Part shown: piece after piece, positions 25,881-40,569 of the stretch
Numbering within the stretch: position 1 is the first letter of the stretch
How the letters are laid out: each line of letters begins with the position of its first letter
NCBI GenBank assembly: GCA_013265495.1
Contig: MU058037.1
Coordinates: 745,498 to 809,497, forward strand
DNA length: 64,000 bases
Origin: Vicugna vicugna
Taxonomy: Eukaryota
Direction: 5' to 3'
Position numbers and translations under genes: made by a program
Notes under the pieces: generated by a model
The model's database searches: none
What the model was told of the DNA's origin: nothing
The model's input: only the letters and a program-made list of their open reading frames with translations

Positions 25881-28800
25881 CAGTCTAAACAGATTCCTTG
25901 ACCCTGCAGTTTGCCTTTTCCCCTTCTCACAGCTGAGGCCACTTGAGCCTATGTGTGCTCATCCCTGCCCTTGATTCCCAAGTTCAGAGTTAATATTTAA
26001 TATTTACTAAATTCTCTATTATAGGGTAGCAAAATCCTGAAATTGATATGGAGGACATTAGATGCCAAGGCAGAGAGGTCAGTTTCCATTGGCTAGGCAC
26101 TAAGGAAACGATGCTTTTTAGCATGTTATTGTAGAGAGTGAGACATGCTTTTGGAACATTAGCAACAGCATTCAGCATAAACAAGATATGAGTAATGTAA
26201 CTCAATAGGAGGCAGGGGTGAGAATAGAAAGGTTGGTGGGACCAGATCAGTGGAGAGCCTTGTGTACCTTGTTAAGGAGTTTGGCAGTTGCTGAAAAGTT
26301 CTAATCAAGGACATCTGGTAGGAGTGGGAGGAGATACTTGATGAGAACTGTCTGTGAAGAAGTGGGTAAAGAAGTGAAATGGGTGGAGAAAGAGAAGTCT
26401 CTAGTGAGAGATTGATTTCAGGTTTAGAGACTTTGAAAATGGAGCCCTTCTGAGTGATGACAAGAGTTGTGTGGCTGTCCAGAACCTAGAGAGGAAGAAA
26501 ATTAAGTATAAGCCAAGACATCGCATTATTTTGCCAGGTGGGTGAAATGGGGCTTATTTCATTTAAGAAGTAGTCAAGGAAGGACTGTCTCCAAGGAAAT
26601 TTCTTCTGTTAAGCTTCCCATGCGGTGCCTGAATTTCGAGTGCTGTAATTTAAAGCGCTAGATTTTTCGGAAATAACATGTGACCCAGCATTTGTTCTAT
26701 GTCCATGCTTCCTAACCATTATTATGATGAAAATCTTTCCTAGAGCTGGTTTTTCTTAGTCATAGAAAGCCACATTCCTTCACATTTGGGGCGTGGGGGC
26801 AGGTACTCAATGAGCGATCCAGGAGCATATGGCGTAAACAAGTTGACCTCTAAATATTTTTTCGTGGGTTATCTGCCACTGGGGTCATGACAGCAGATAT
26901 TTAATTCCTGTTGATCATTTCCCTGCTTTCTGAGCTGTTTGGTCCCCTCTAATGTTTCCCCTCCCCCATGTAATTGGGTACTCCTCCATGTGAATATTGG
27001 CCTGAAAGAAGTAGGGCTGAGAAGATATAAAACTGTAAACTGCCTGCAGTGTACCTCCGAGCCAAATAAAAAGGATTTGGGGCCCAGTCTCTAGTGGGAA
27101 TTATCTACCTCACCTCTTCCGCTGTAGAGAGGTAGCAGGGCATTTCTTTCTAGCCAACTTAGTGTTTGCTGTGGTCCTTCCCTTCTCCTTTATTTCTGGG
27201 CAGAATCTTATTCTGCTGTAAAACACTATACCACTTAGAACAATAGGAAGAAATATAGCAGTCCTCACTGTTAGGTTTTGGTTTTAGAGGGGGCAGTATG
27301 TAATATAACAAGAAATGGCTAATTCTTTATTGTCTCAGCTTTAAAAGAAACAGCTCCACTATCTTTCAATCTCAATTTCTTAGATTTGAGGCCTATTCCA
27401 GTTTTATATCCAGGACTGTTGTTTGGAACTGGGGCAAAAAATCCAGTCTTTAGAATTTGGACCCCAAGTTGTTGATTTGAAGTTATGTACTGGTTTATAT
27501 GAATTTTTAAACGGCCATGGAAATTTTCAACATTTTAGCTTCCAGCTTTCATCCTTTCAAAGTTTATTTCCAGCTTCTCTCAAACCCTTGAATGTGTATC
27601 ACTTTGTCTGAATTATTAATGCCAGACATACACTTCCATCAGTATAGTTGTATTTCCCACGTGATGCCGAGGCTCCCAGTTCACTTGCGTTCAGCTGCAA
27701 AAAGGAAAAAAAAGTGGAAAAGCTACCATTCTTGCCTGTTTCCCACTACTTTATGGAGATGACCATCTGTAAGCTAATTCTGAAGTTGTTAATGGCAAGA
27801 ATTAGAGCAATTGGCATGTGTTTCAAAACACACGGTTTAAGGTTTAAGATGATGTCTCCCACTCATTGATGGGAGCTGTGTGACACTGCAGTGTGTTCTC
27901 TCTAGGGGGTTCCAGCAAAGACTTGTCTTTCAGTTGCTCTAACTGGCTTCTGGGGCATTTTTAGAGAGTGTAGATTAACTCCCAAACACAAAGCAAATCT
28001 GTGCTACTTGATTTGTTGTAAAACCATAACACATTTTCCATTGATTTCCAGCCTAGCCACGGTTTCCATACTTCCCCTCCTTCCTGAGCTTGGAAAAACG
28101 AAAAGAAGCTCTGATGCCTTTCTTTTCAACAAATTCTAATTCCAAGTGCCTACGGGAGGAATGACGAGGAAAAGACTTCTTATTTCGAGAACAATAGGAT
28201 TCTAGAAAAGGTACAGATATTCTTAAAGAATCTTGTACAGACTTTGCAGCAATCCGTTAATAGGGAAGTATTTTCCATAGCCTCGAAAATATCCTAAAAC
28301 ATTCCTGCCCTTAAAAGTGTCTTGAGGCGAGCATGACAAATGACTGTGAAAAGCCAAGGATTAAAACACTGTCGAATACCAAAGGTTTTGATTTTTTTGT
28401 TGTTGTTGTTAAAACTACCTTCTGTAACCTAAATTCCTTAGGATTTGTTCTCATTTTTCTTTGAAGCCCTGGAGAATCTGTGCCAGTTTGTTTAGCTCTT
28501 TTGCAAAGGGGAGGCATCTTGCTAACACTGGATAAATTAGGAAAAGCTCCAAAACCAAAACAAGTTATGTCTTTTATTTCCTCATCTTTCTTCCCTGCTT
28601 AGGCAGGTTGCAGGGATCTTAACTAGGGGTGCTCCCCAAATGACATACCAAGATTCTACATGTGAGGGTTTCGAGGAGCAGAACAGGCAAACATCTAAAG
28701 CTAAAAATGTCACACAGAAAGACTATGATAAGTTCCAACAGAGCTCTGTCATGGTTGAGCCCTAGATTTGACAATCATTAATTTGCTATTAATAATTCTT

Positions 28801-30256
28801 ACTGTTAGAGAGACTCACTTCGCCAGCCTCAGGAAGAGTTTGTTCTTTAGACACCCGTTGCTTTAAGCAGCCTGTCAAATTGATTCAGACATTCAAGGTA
28901 AGAAAGAGATGTAATTAAATCTTTTCAACACACTGGCTAAGCACTCATCTCCTGCCAGCGATAGATACAATTTGGGAGTTGCTGTGATTTCTTTACCCTC
29001 GCCCTGAATATATTTTTAAATGATCTGTAATGCTGTAAATGCCTGTCAGCCAGTAGTAGACTTCGTGTTACTTGGAAACGTTAAACTGTTTCCCAGTTAG
29101 ATGAGTAAAGAAAGTTCACCTCAAAAAACTAGCTGGATACTTTTTCCTGACACTAACAATGTGTGGCAACTATGACTTACGTACATTGGTATATATTATT
29201 GCCTTCCATTTTGGGTTGATACAGAGTGGAAATGGCAAAGATGAGATTATCTATCAAAGTAAGTAATTCTAGATTGTTTTCCCCTGATTCTTTGCCTAGA
29301 CGTTGCAAATTCAGTGGAACTGGAAACTTCAGTTCAGATTAGGGGGCGAGAACACCGTTTCAGGCAGGGAAGTCACTGTCACAGTGTTGCGGGGACTCAG
29401 TGCTCTGTCTATAGCTCTGTTATTGGATCCCCTGCCTGCTGTGACCTACAGAGCTGACCTGTGCGCAGATGCCATCTCTTCTCACTTGCTCCCTTGTTTC
29501 TCTTTCTCTCATCACACCCTGAGTTTCCTTGAGCTCTGTCATAGATCTCTGACCTTCGTACCTCAGGGAAGACAGAATAAATTCCGGGACTGTGTGTCTT
29601 ACTATAAATGTGTGGGAAAGGCTGGACTGGGCACAAGTAAAGGTCACCTTGCGGCTGCCCCACTTGATCTGTGCCCTTTTGTGAACAGTAATAGTAAATA
29701 TATCAGCTCTTAGCCTGGTCTAAATACCGGATTCTTAGAGAAATCCAGTGGGAAAACAGTACTCTCTCCGTAAAGGGGTTTTCAGGCCTTGTACTACTAA
29801 AATCAGCTATTTTGTCTTGAGAACAAGATGGCCTTTTCATTTACGTGCAAAAATTGTTCTACCACAAATGGAAAAGTGTCTGAAATGCCAGTGATGCCCC
29901 CCCATGAAGGATTCTCCCCTTGCGGGGTTCTTCTGATTATCCTGTTGAATTGCTTAACCTCTGCTTCTAAAACATACCCTGAAATTGCTACTGAAATATA
30001 CTTGTTGCTGAGAGTTATCACTGGTACAGTAAAGACTTAACTCCGGTGTGCAGTACAAGGAAAACACTGGCTTTGGAAACTAGGATATATTATGTAGTTC
30101 CAGTGGTTTGCATTATGGGGGTGCCACAGAAGGTAAATACATGTATCAAACTGCACAAGTGTCTGCCAATCTGGTGGGAAGGCAAAATATATACAAATGG
30201 AAAAACAGCAGAGATTTACAGAGCAACAAATAGAATAATATATGTAATAATCATTG

Positions 30257-30685
30257 TGTCAGTGAGCTAGTGCTACTGACCACCACAAAAGTCTCGGTGG
30301 TTATAATAAGAATTGATTTCTCTGTGATTCTGCTGAAGTTTAGCTGATACAGGCAGAGCTCAGCCGGGCTTGACTGCAGGCCTTGAGTTTGATTCAGACC
30401 TGGTCCACTTGCGTGTCATGCTTGTACCAAAGGGCTACCTGGGTCTGCTCTTCTAAAGGTGGTAGAGGTCAGAAGCTCCCAGAGAACAGAGTAAAGCAGG
30501 CAGTGCCTCTTAAGGCATTGTCTTGAAGTAGCACACAGTCAGCTGTGCCAACATAACATTGGCTAAAGCAAATCACATGACTGAGTCCAATAGCAATGGG
30601 GCATGGCATGAAAGTGTACTCCCCCTATAAAGTAGGGAGGGGCAGGAGTGATAATTACTGAAGAAATAACCCTCATCTACCACAG
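30257..30685 (-). mobile_element. MaLR MLT1-like solo LTR
   Basis: 'cattggctaaagcaaatcacatgactgagtccaa' is an MLT1 hallmark. Ends '...catctaccaca'. Confidence 0.75.
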
Positions 30686-31605
30686 TTCTTGATTTTTTTC
30701 AGTACAGAAGTGACATGAAAGACTAGAGGAATCTGTATGGTAGGTGGGTTACAGCAGGAGTTTTGAAAAAATGTAGGTGCCTTCTGGGCAGTTACGGTAA
30801 TAGACTCAAGGCCTATCTGTAAACTTTTCTATAAAATTTTTCATGGTTCGTTCAGCAACAAGGTGAGTTACAGTTTTCTCATCTTAAATGGCAAGGGGGT
30901 GGGGAATGCAGTAAGTCTTCTAAACCAGGACCTATTAGAAAAAGAAACTTATTCTTCCATCATAAAATTAGTATTTTGATATTTTTTATGGAGAAGTTTG
31001 CTGACACTTTAAGCTGTTCATGAACCCCATTAAGAAGAGGTTGCTGATTGTCACAGCCAGCCTCCAACTTGTACTCCCTCTGTGTTAAAATTTGTCTTCT
31101 GTTCACTGCCATTCTGGCCCTCTAAGTCGGTCCTCCCTGAAATGTATTTTCACTTGATACAGTCTGAATAGCATGTCCAGGGATGGTTACATAGTGGAAT
31201 ATTTCTCTGTTGTTGTCACGTATTTAGCTTGTCTCCACTTAAGCACACATCCCTAAAAGGGGTTAATAAGTCTCCAGCCTGCAGTTCATAGTGAGTATGT
31301 ATGGAAGGAGGATGTGGAGCAAAGCTCTCACTCTTCCCTTTAAATTCATTCATCTAGATTCATTCATCTGGATGACCAATTAAAATTCATGAACGAGAAG
31401 AGAACATTTGAATATAGAATTGGGACACCAATATATGAAATTTTATTGTAAGGAATTCCAATTTTCTCTGTAACTAGCTATAGTACTCTGGGAAAGACAT
31501 TCTCTGCCGCACAGTTTTTTCCCTGAGTTTTTGTTTGTTTTTTAAGGGTTGGACTAGGTGGACTTCAGAATTTTAGTGTTGGTTCTTTCAAGCTGAAGCA
31601 GTAAC

Positions 31606-32470
31606 TTTTTTTATTGAAATACAGTTGATTTACAATGTTGTGTTAATTTCTGGTGTACAACATAGTGATTCACTTACACATATATCTATTCATTTTCATA
31701 TTTTTCATTATAGGTTATTACAACATAGTGAATATAGTTTCCTATGCTATACAGTGGGACCTTGTTTATCTGTTATATATATAGTAGTTTGTATCTGTTA
31801 ATCCCAAACTCCTAATTCATCCCTCCCACCCTCTTCCCCTTTGGTAACCATAAGTTTGTTTTCTGTGTCTGAGTATATTTCTGTTTTGTAAATAAGTTAA
31901 TTTGTATCACTTTTTTAGATTCCACATATAAGTGATCTAGGATGTTTGTCTTTCTCAGTCTGACTGACTTCACTTAGTATGAAAATCTCTAGGTCTATCT
32001 GTGTTGCAAATGGCACTACTTCATTCTTTTTTATGGCTGAGTAGTATTCCTTGTGTGTGTGTGTGTGTGTAAAACATATTCTTTATCCAGTCATCTATCG
32101 ATTGACATTTAGGTTGCTTCCATGTCTTGACATTTGTGAATAGTGTAGCTATGAACATTGGGGTGCAAAGAGTTTTCTCCAGTTACATGCCCAGGAGTGG
32201 GATTGCTGGATCATATGATAACTCTGTTTTTATTTTTTTTTTTTGATGAATCTCTATACTGTTTCCACAGTGGCTACACTAAATTATATTCCCATCAACA
32301 GTGTAAGAGGGTTCCCTTTTCTCCACACCCTCTTCTGCATTTATTGTTTGTGAACTTTTAAATCATGGCCATTCCCACTGGAGTGAGGTGACACCTCATT
32401 GTAGTTTTGATTTGCATTTCTCTGGTAATTAGCGATTTGAGCATCTTTCATGTGCCTGTTGACCATCTGT
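31606..32470 (-). mobile_element. 5'-truncated L1 with a perfect 13 bp TSD
   Basis: TSD ctgaagcagtaac at 31593-31605 and 32471-32483. L1 3' UTR and ORF2 end lie between. Confidence 0.95.
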
Positions 32471-35064
32471 CTGAAGCAGTAACATTTTTTAAATTCTACA
32501 ATCAGTTTAACATGAAATAAATATAGGAAGGAAAATAAATATAGGGAGCATAGAATCCAAATTGACATAGGGAGAAAAAAAGTGAACATAATTAGGATTC
32601 TACCATTGAATACAGAAGTACAAGTCACAGAATAAGGGAGTTCAAGAAGCAGAGTCAGACATACAGGACCAAAGTTTCAAGGTGAACCGCTTGGCCCACC
32701 TGGCAGCTGGCCTGTGCATCACTGGTCTGATGCTAGAGCTCTGGGTTGCTCCTAGAAGAGCATTTACCTTCAGCACCTTAGGTGAGAAGATGTTGAGTGA
32801 TAGAACTTTGTAGATGATAAAGTTATTTCCCTCACAAAGAGGTAGTTCATAAGTCCCTTTAAGTCCCTGGCTGTACATATCGTAGACAGTGTTCTTTTTT
32901 ATCTGTTAGAAAAGCTTTTGTTTCTCATTGTAAAATTGGGCTAGATTCTATCTTTGAGTTTCCCCAGAGTTACAGTTTCTTAAAGAAGACATTATTTTCA
33001 CTGAATTCTTGAAGTACATTGCAAAGTATTTCCCATTGGGAACTCCTTTGATTTTTCAATATAAACCACCCACATTTGGGTTCCTTTAATAATTATAATG
33101 ATCCCATTTTTGAAAAGAAAGTCATAAGAATATTCTGAAATACAGTATGCCACTGTTTTCTTGGAAAACCCAAGTTGTATGATATATGGAATGTTACAGA
33201 TTTTGCACTGTTATGTTGTTAATGAGTCACTATTAATTTTTATATTGTAGAGATACGGGGACGATGTTCAAGAAAGCTTGTAGGACTTTTATCCAGAGAT
33301 GTGATGAATCAATGCTCTAAATTCTAGGACATATTTTGCAGTGATAGGAAAAAAACAATGACCAAAGACTTATAAAATATAAGTTAGTAGACTTCTCTGA
33401 ACGAAATTATCTTTTTTTTTTTCTGTATGAGACATGTCTTTAAGACATCCTGCATGTTAAGGTCAGCAACGATTAATTTAGAAAATGTGAATGTTGATTA
33501 AAGGCATGGTTTCAGAAGAAATCTTTTAAACATTTGGCTTATGCTGGTTAATTAGAAGAGCAAAAATTACTCCATTGTGTAAGTATAGGGAGAGTTTCTT
33601 CTTCCCAGTAATGTGACTACATACCTGTTTGGGTTGTATGAAAAGAGAAGAAATCATTAGGCAAGTAAAGTACCTAAGGAGACATCGACTTTGAGGTTTT
33701 TAAATTATTTCCAGTATTAGATTTTATGGAGCTATACCAGTGTACCTAGTCCTCATCCAACAGAGACAATAGCCAAAGTTGCAAAGCTATGAAAAGGGTG
33801 GAACTATCCACAATGGTTTTGTCTTTATAGATAAATGCAAACCCAATGGCAAAAACATTCTAGGATTTCTCCTGCTGTAACTTTTGATCTGACTAATTAA
33901 TGGTGTAATCTGTAGAACACCACAACTGGTCAAATCTTGGAAGTACCTATTACTCAAATGAAGCTATTTCTTTATATTGTTGGTTTGACAAAACCTATAA
34001 TTAGTTTTTCAGAACTGCTCTTGCTTCCTTTTCATATAGCCTAAAATATAAGACATTTATGAATAGCTAAGATTTTGCATAAAGTCTTCAAACCTTCTCC
34101 AAATTTTTGTCATGAGGTAGAGGCAACCTTGATAACCAAGGGAAATCTATCAGGTTGAGAAATTTGCAACATGCCAAATTATTGCTGTGTGTGTGTGTGC
34201 GTGCTCACGCGTACCCACACACAAAGTGAGATATTCATATAGGGATTTGTTACACTCAAGTGGGAGGTACCTGGGGCCCTTCCTAGGAAAACTCATAATA
34301 CATCACAGTGATTCAGTGTGTTGCCTGCTCACTACTCCACCCCAAAGAGGTAAAATCTGTTAAAATTAGCACCAAGGGCAATAATGACGAGGATAAGGTT
34401 GAGAGAGATGATGACTATAGTGCTGGGGTAATGAGGATCAGGGTCTGGTTATGAATTGATGAATTGTATTCTCTTACAGTAATGCTTTCTTTTCTGTTTT
34501 CTCATCTGTACCCCCACCATTCTGAGTCATTGGGACACTGAATACCTGGTTTCCAAAGGAGGGACCCTGTAAAATTATCTGTCCCAATTTGTCAAAACTA
34601 GAGAGAATGACTAAGAACCAGTTTGTATTCTAGCCTCTGTTTTTTATTTTAATTCACAATTGTATTTAATACATAAAACCATTGAGCAGAAGTTATAGGG
34701 CCTACCCGTTTCTATTTTGAATATCTTTATTTATAATAAGTCAAGCATGAAATCTAAATCTCATGATTTTTCAGTGAGTTATATTGAAATCTATACACTA
34801 ACCGTTCAAAGTTTTGACAAATTTTTGCAATATGCATGATTTTACTTATTTAAGATATATTGCAAAAATTAAAATATACTCAGAGTATATTTTCAAACAC
34901 ACCCATTGAAAATCAGCAAGTATTTATCATATATATTTTTGTATATATTTTAAAAGTTTACTTCATACTAGGAAAAAAATTCCATGTATTTTATTCCTTC
35001 AGTAATATCATTAAAACAGATTGTGCTATGAGAGGGGAAAAAGAAAAGAGTAAAGCATTTTTTA

Positions 35065-38000
35065 TTTATGTATTGCTTATTTTTATTGAGTTATAGTTGG
35101 TTTACAATGCTGTGTTAGTTTCTGGTGTACAGCACAATTTTTCAGTCATACATGAATGTACATATTTTCATTTTCATATTATTTCTCCCCATGAGTTACC
35201 ACAAGATCTTGTATATATTTCACTATGCTATACAGTCTAATCTTGTTTATCTATTCTATATATGCCTGTCAGTATCTACCAATGTCGAACTCCCAATCTG
35301 TCCTTTCCCACCCACCTCCCCCTTGGCAACCACAAGTTTGTATTCTATGTCTGTGAGTCTGTTTCTGTTTTATATTTAAGTTCATTTGTTTTTTGTTTTT
35401 TGTTTTTTTGATTCCACATATGAGCAATATCATATGGTATTTTTCTTTCTCTTTCTGGCTTACTTCACTTAGAATGACATTCTCCAATGACATCCATGTT
35501 GCTGCAAATGGCATTATGGTGTCATTTTTATGGCTGAGTAGTATTCCATTGTATAAGTATACCACAACTTCTTTATCCAGTCATCTGTCGATGGACATTA
35601 GGCTGTTCCCGTGATTTGGCTATTGTAAACAGTGCTGCTATGAACATTGGGGTGCAGGTGTCTTTTGAATTAGGGTTCCTTCCATGCCCAGGACTGGGAC
35701 TGCTGGGTCATATGGTAAGTCTATTCCTAGTCTTTTGAGGAATCTCCATACTGTTTCCCACAATGGCTGCACCAAACTGCATTCCCACCAGCAGTGTAGG
35801 AGGGTTCCCTTTTCTCCACATCCTCTCCAGCATTTGTCATTTGTGGACTTTTGAATGATGGCCATTCTGACTGGTGTGAGGGGATACCTCATTGTAGTTT
35901 TGATTTGCATTTCTCTGATAATTAGTGATATTGAGCATTTTTTCATGTGCCTATTGGTCATTCATATGTTTTCCTTGGAGAATTGCTTGTTTAGGTCTTG
36001 TGCCCATTTTTGGATTGGGTTGTTTGTTTTTTTCTTATTAAGTCATATGAGCTGTTTATATATTCTGGAGATCAAGCCTTTGTCGTTTTCATCTTTTGCA
36101 AATATTTTCTCCCATTCTATAGGTTGTCTTTTTGTTTTGCTTATGGTTTCCTTTGCTGTGCAAAAGCTTGTAAGTTTAATTAGGTAGGTCCCATTTGTTT
36201 ATTCTTGCTTTTATTTCTATTGCTTGGGTAGACTGCCCTAGGAGAACATTTTTTGAGATGTATGTGAGAGAATGTTTTGCCTATGTTTTCTTCTAGGAGG
36301 TTTATTGTGTCTTGTCTTATGTTTAGGTGTTTGATCCATTTTGAGTTTATTTTTGTGTATGGTGTAAGGGAATGTTCTAGCTTCATTGATTTACATGCTG
36401 CTGTCCAGCATTCCCAACACCATTTGCTGAAGAGATTGTCTTTATTCCATTGTATATTCTTGCCTCCAAAGATTAATTGACCAAAAGTTTGTGAGTTTAT
36501 TTCTGGGCTCTCTATTCTGTTCCATTGGTCCATATGTCTGTGTTTGTACCAATACCATGCTGTTTTGATTACTGTAGCTCTAGTATAGTCTGAAGTCTGT
36601 GAGGATTATTCCTCCAGCCTCTTTCTTTCTCTTCAGTAATGCTTTGGCAATTCTAGGTCTTTTGTGGTTCCATATAAATTTCATTATGATTTGTTCTAGT
36701 TTGTGAAAAATGTCCTGGGTAATTTGATAGGGATTGCATTAAATCTGTAGATTGCCTTGGGCAGTATGACAATTTAACAATACTGTTTTGTCCAGTCCAA
36801 AAGCATGGGATATCTTTCCATTTTTTTTAAGCCTTTTATTTCCTTAATCAGTGTTCTATAGTTCTCTGTATGTAAGTTTTTCACCCACTTCGTTAGATTT
36901 ATTCCTAGGTATTTTATTACTTTGGGTGCTATTTTAAAAGGAACTGTTTCTTTACCTTCTTTTCCTGTTGATTCATCGGTAGTGTAAAGAAATGCAACTG
37001 ATTTTTGTATGTTAATCTTGTATCATGCTACCTTGCTAAATTCTTTGATTAGTTCTAGTAGTTTGTGTGGAGCTTTTAGGGTTTTCTATATATACTATCA
37101 TGTTGTCTGCCTATAGTGACAATCTTACCTCTTTTCCAATTTGGATCCCTTTTATTTCTTTCTCTTGCCTGATTGCTGTGGCTAGGACTTCCAAGACTTT
37201 TGTTGAGTAGGAGTGGTGAGAGCGGACAACCTTGTCTTGTCCGAGATTTTAGTGGGAAGGTTTTCAGTTTTTCACTGTTGAGTACTATGCTGGCTGTAGG
37301 TTTGTCATAAATAGCTTTTGTTATGTTGAGATATGTTCCCTCTATACCCACTTTGGTGAGAGTTTTTATCATAAATGGGTGTTGAATTTTATCAAGTGCT
37401 TTTTCTGCATCTATTGAGATGATCATGTGATTTTTGTCCTTTCTCTTGTTGATATGGTGTATTACATTGATTGATTTGTATATGTTGAAACATCCTAGTG
37501 TCCCTGGGATGAACTCAACTTGGTCATGGTGTATGATCTTTTTTAATGTGCTGTTAGATTCTGTTTGCTAATATTTTGTTGAGGATTTTTGCATCTATGT
37601 TCATCAGTGATACTGGTCTGTAATTTTCTTTTTTGGTAGTGTCTTTGTCTGGTTTTAGTATCAGGGTGATGGTGACTTCATAGAATGAGTTTGGGAGTAC
37701 TCCCTCCTTTTCAAACTTCTGGAAGAGTGTTAGAAGGACTGGTATGAGTTCTTCTTTGTATGTTTGGTAGAATTCCCCAGTGAAGCCATCCGGTTCTGGA
37801 TTTTTATTTGTAGGGAGGTTTTTTTTTATTGCAAATTCAATTTAATTTCTAGTGATTGGTTTGTTCAAGTAGTCAATTTCTTATTGATTCAGTCTTGGTG
37901 TGCTGTATATTTCCAGAAACCTGTCCATTTCTTCTAGGTTATCCATTTTGTTTCCACATAGTTGTTCATAGTATTCTCGTATGATACTTTGTATTTCTGT

Positions 38001-38818
38001 GGTATTGAGTGTAATTTCTCCATTTTCCTTTCTTATTTTGTTTATTTGTGCTCTCTCTTTTCTCTTCTTCGTGAGTTTGGCCATAGGTTTGTCAATTTTG
38101 TTTACTCTTTCGAAAGACCAGCTCTTGGTTTGGTTGATTTTTTTCTATGTTTTTTTTTTTAAATTTCTATTTTATTTATTTCCTCCTTGATCTTTATTAT
38201 TTCCTTCCTTCTGCTGACTTTTGGGGTTTTTTTTTTTCTCTTCTTTTTCTAATTCTTTTACTGGTAAGTTAGATTGTTTATTTGAGATTGTTCTTTTTTT
38301 AAGGAAGGCCTGTATCGCTATAAACTTCCCTCTTAGCACTACCTTTGCTGCATCCCGTAGATTCTGTGTGGTTGTGTTTTCATTATCATTTGTCTCAAAG
38401 TATTTTTTAATTTCTTCTTTGATTTCATCATCGACCTATTGTTTTTTTAATAACATGTTGTTTAATCTCCATACTGTCATTTTTTTCTCCTTTGTTTTTC
38501 TGTAGTTGATTTCTAGTTTCATGGATTGTGGTCAGAAAACATGCTTGAAATAATTTCTGTCTTCTTTAAATTCTTGAGGCTTCTTTTGTGCCCAAGTACA
38601 TGATCTATCCTAGAAAATGTTCCATGTGCACTTGAAAATAATATATATTCTATTTTGGGGGGATGTAATGTTCTGAAAATATCAACCAAATTTAGTTGTT
38701 CTATTGTATCATTTAATTTCTCTGTTGCCTTATTTATTTTCTGTCTAGAAAATCTGTCCAGTGATGTTAATGGGGTATTAAAGTCTCCTACAATGATTGT
38801 GTTCCCATCAGTTTCTCC
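35065..38818 (-). mobile_element. Lineage-specific L1, 5'-truncated (~3.75 kb), disrupted ORF2
   Basis: 14 bp TSD taaagcatttttta at 35051-35064 and 38819-38832. ORF2 fragments '[23 protein letters not shown]', '[13 protein letters not shown]', '[19 protein letters not shown]'. Confidence 0.97.
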
Positions 38819-40569
38819 TAAAGCATTTTTTAAGTTGAGAATCCCATCCTATGTAATTCTAGTAATATTCTACAAGAATTAAAATAAATTTAGTATTGGT
38901 ATTAATTGATTTGCTTATTCAAATATATTCATATAATGAATCAAAGACTTTTGTTCTTAATTCAGGTAAGAAATTATTATTACATAAATGTAACAAAAAT
39001 ATTTTAAATTTTTTAATAAAAGACTACATTTCTTAATCATTTAGATAAAACAGGGTTTTTTTGTTTGTTTCCTAATTTGGAACCAAACTTTTTTTCCCTG
39101 TTGAATTCTGTTATGTAGGTTCCCAGGTTAAATACATCATGGCGGGTTATGTACAAGCCACAAGTTAAATAGGGTCTACCCTGCCTGTGAGTTAGAGGTG
39201 GAGGGATCAAGGTAGTCTTTGGGTCATTAAGAGATTCTAATATATATATTACACTCTTGAGACCATTCTGCATTCATGCATCGTCATCTGCTTATCTCAG
39301 TTATTTTTAATGAGTCATCTAGGTAAGCAATATGAGGCGAGCTGTAGAAAAGGAGTGTTTCTGTAGATAATTATACTGAAAGCATGTGCTTTGTCAAACA
39401 TATTATTAATGCATCATAAATAGTTTCTAAGAACATATGTGATTCCATAAAACCTGTCAGGGGAGATGTATGCTCATAAAAAAAGCAGGTGCAATTATTG
39501 CTGAGTGTCTGCGGTGCTTCATGAGTAATGGAAAAATAACTGTACAAATATTAATGTGGCCAAATGAAACTCAGTTTGAGCAGAGCAAGAAACCATAGCA
39601 ACTCATCTTTTTCACCCTGAAATAACAAGAATTGTAACCGGACAATGATCTCAAGACAACATATTCCTACCCAAGTATTATTTGATTTCTTTTTATCATG
39701 TGTGCTCAGTAGAATCCTTCAGTCACAGAGTACATTTTCTAAATGTCCTCTTAGAATTTTATGGAAAAAGGGAAAGAGCTATGGTTTATTTTATTACTTC
39801 TGATATGAAAGCACGCATTTTAGCTTTAATACTTTTTCCCCAGGAATACCTAAAGTTCTGTGTAATAAAAAAAAATGGAAAAAGAAGAAGGATAAATGAT
39901 TTTATATATAACACTAGGAAAACAAAATGGCAGAACATAATTTGGGGGTTTCAAACCCACATGGAGAAGCCAGTGTAGATTCTCAAATCATGTCAGGAAA
40001 TGATGTTATAATCCACAGAGCCTGTTTCAAATGCTTATTTAACTCATTATAAACACACAAAACTTCACATTTGCCCTTCTGAATCTACCTATAAGTGCAA
40101 GCTTGTGCTGCCTTTGGGCCAGGAAAATGGTCCTGATTTTCAGGGCAAGAAAGATTGTTCACTTCATTGGCACAGCTTCAAAGAGTACTCCCATCACCCT
40201 GTCAGTATCCCAGGCAGTGTCTTCTCCCACCACCTCCTCAATTAAAGCAGCTCAGAATTTTCATACTCCCCTTCCTAGTAAACTTTGATTTAAATAATGG
40301 AGTCTGACCAGAAAATATGTAAAACTATTGGACCAGTGAATGGCTAGCAGCTCATTCCCTTGCCTTCTTTCCCCAGAAATCTTACCTTGAACTTACTAAC
40401 AGATACATATTTATGAAACATTGTATAAAGACACTCTTTCATTTACCTTATATAATTTCAATGTTGAAGTATATATACTTTCAGAGGTAAATTACAATAT
40501 AAATTAAAAATCTAAAAGACTATTTTTATTACTTCAAATATAAGTTAGCTCACAAAGGCTTATTTCTTT

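Noticed and set aside
29303..30040. ORFs of 70-136 aa in unique DNA
   Set aside because: No homology recognised, several start at non-ATG codons, and they are compatible with random ORFs.
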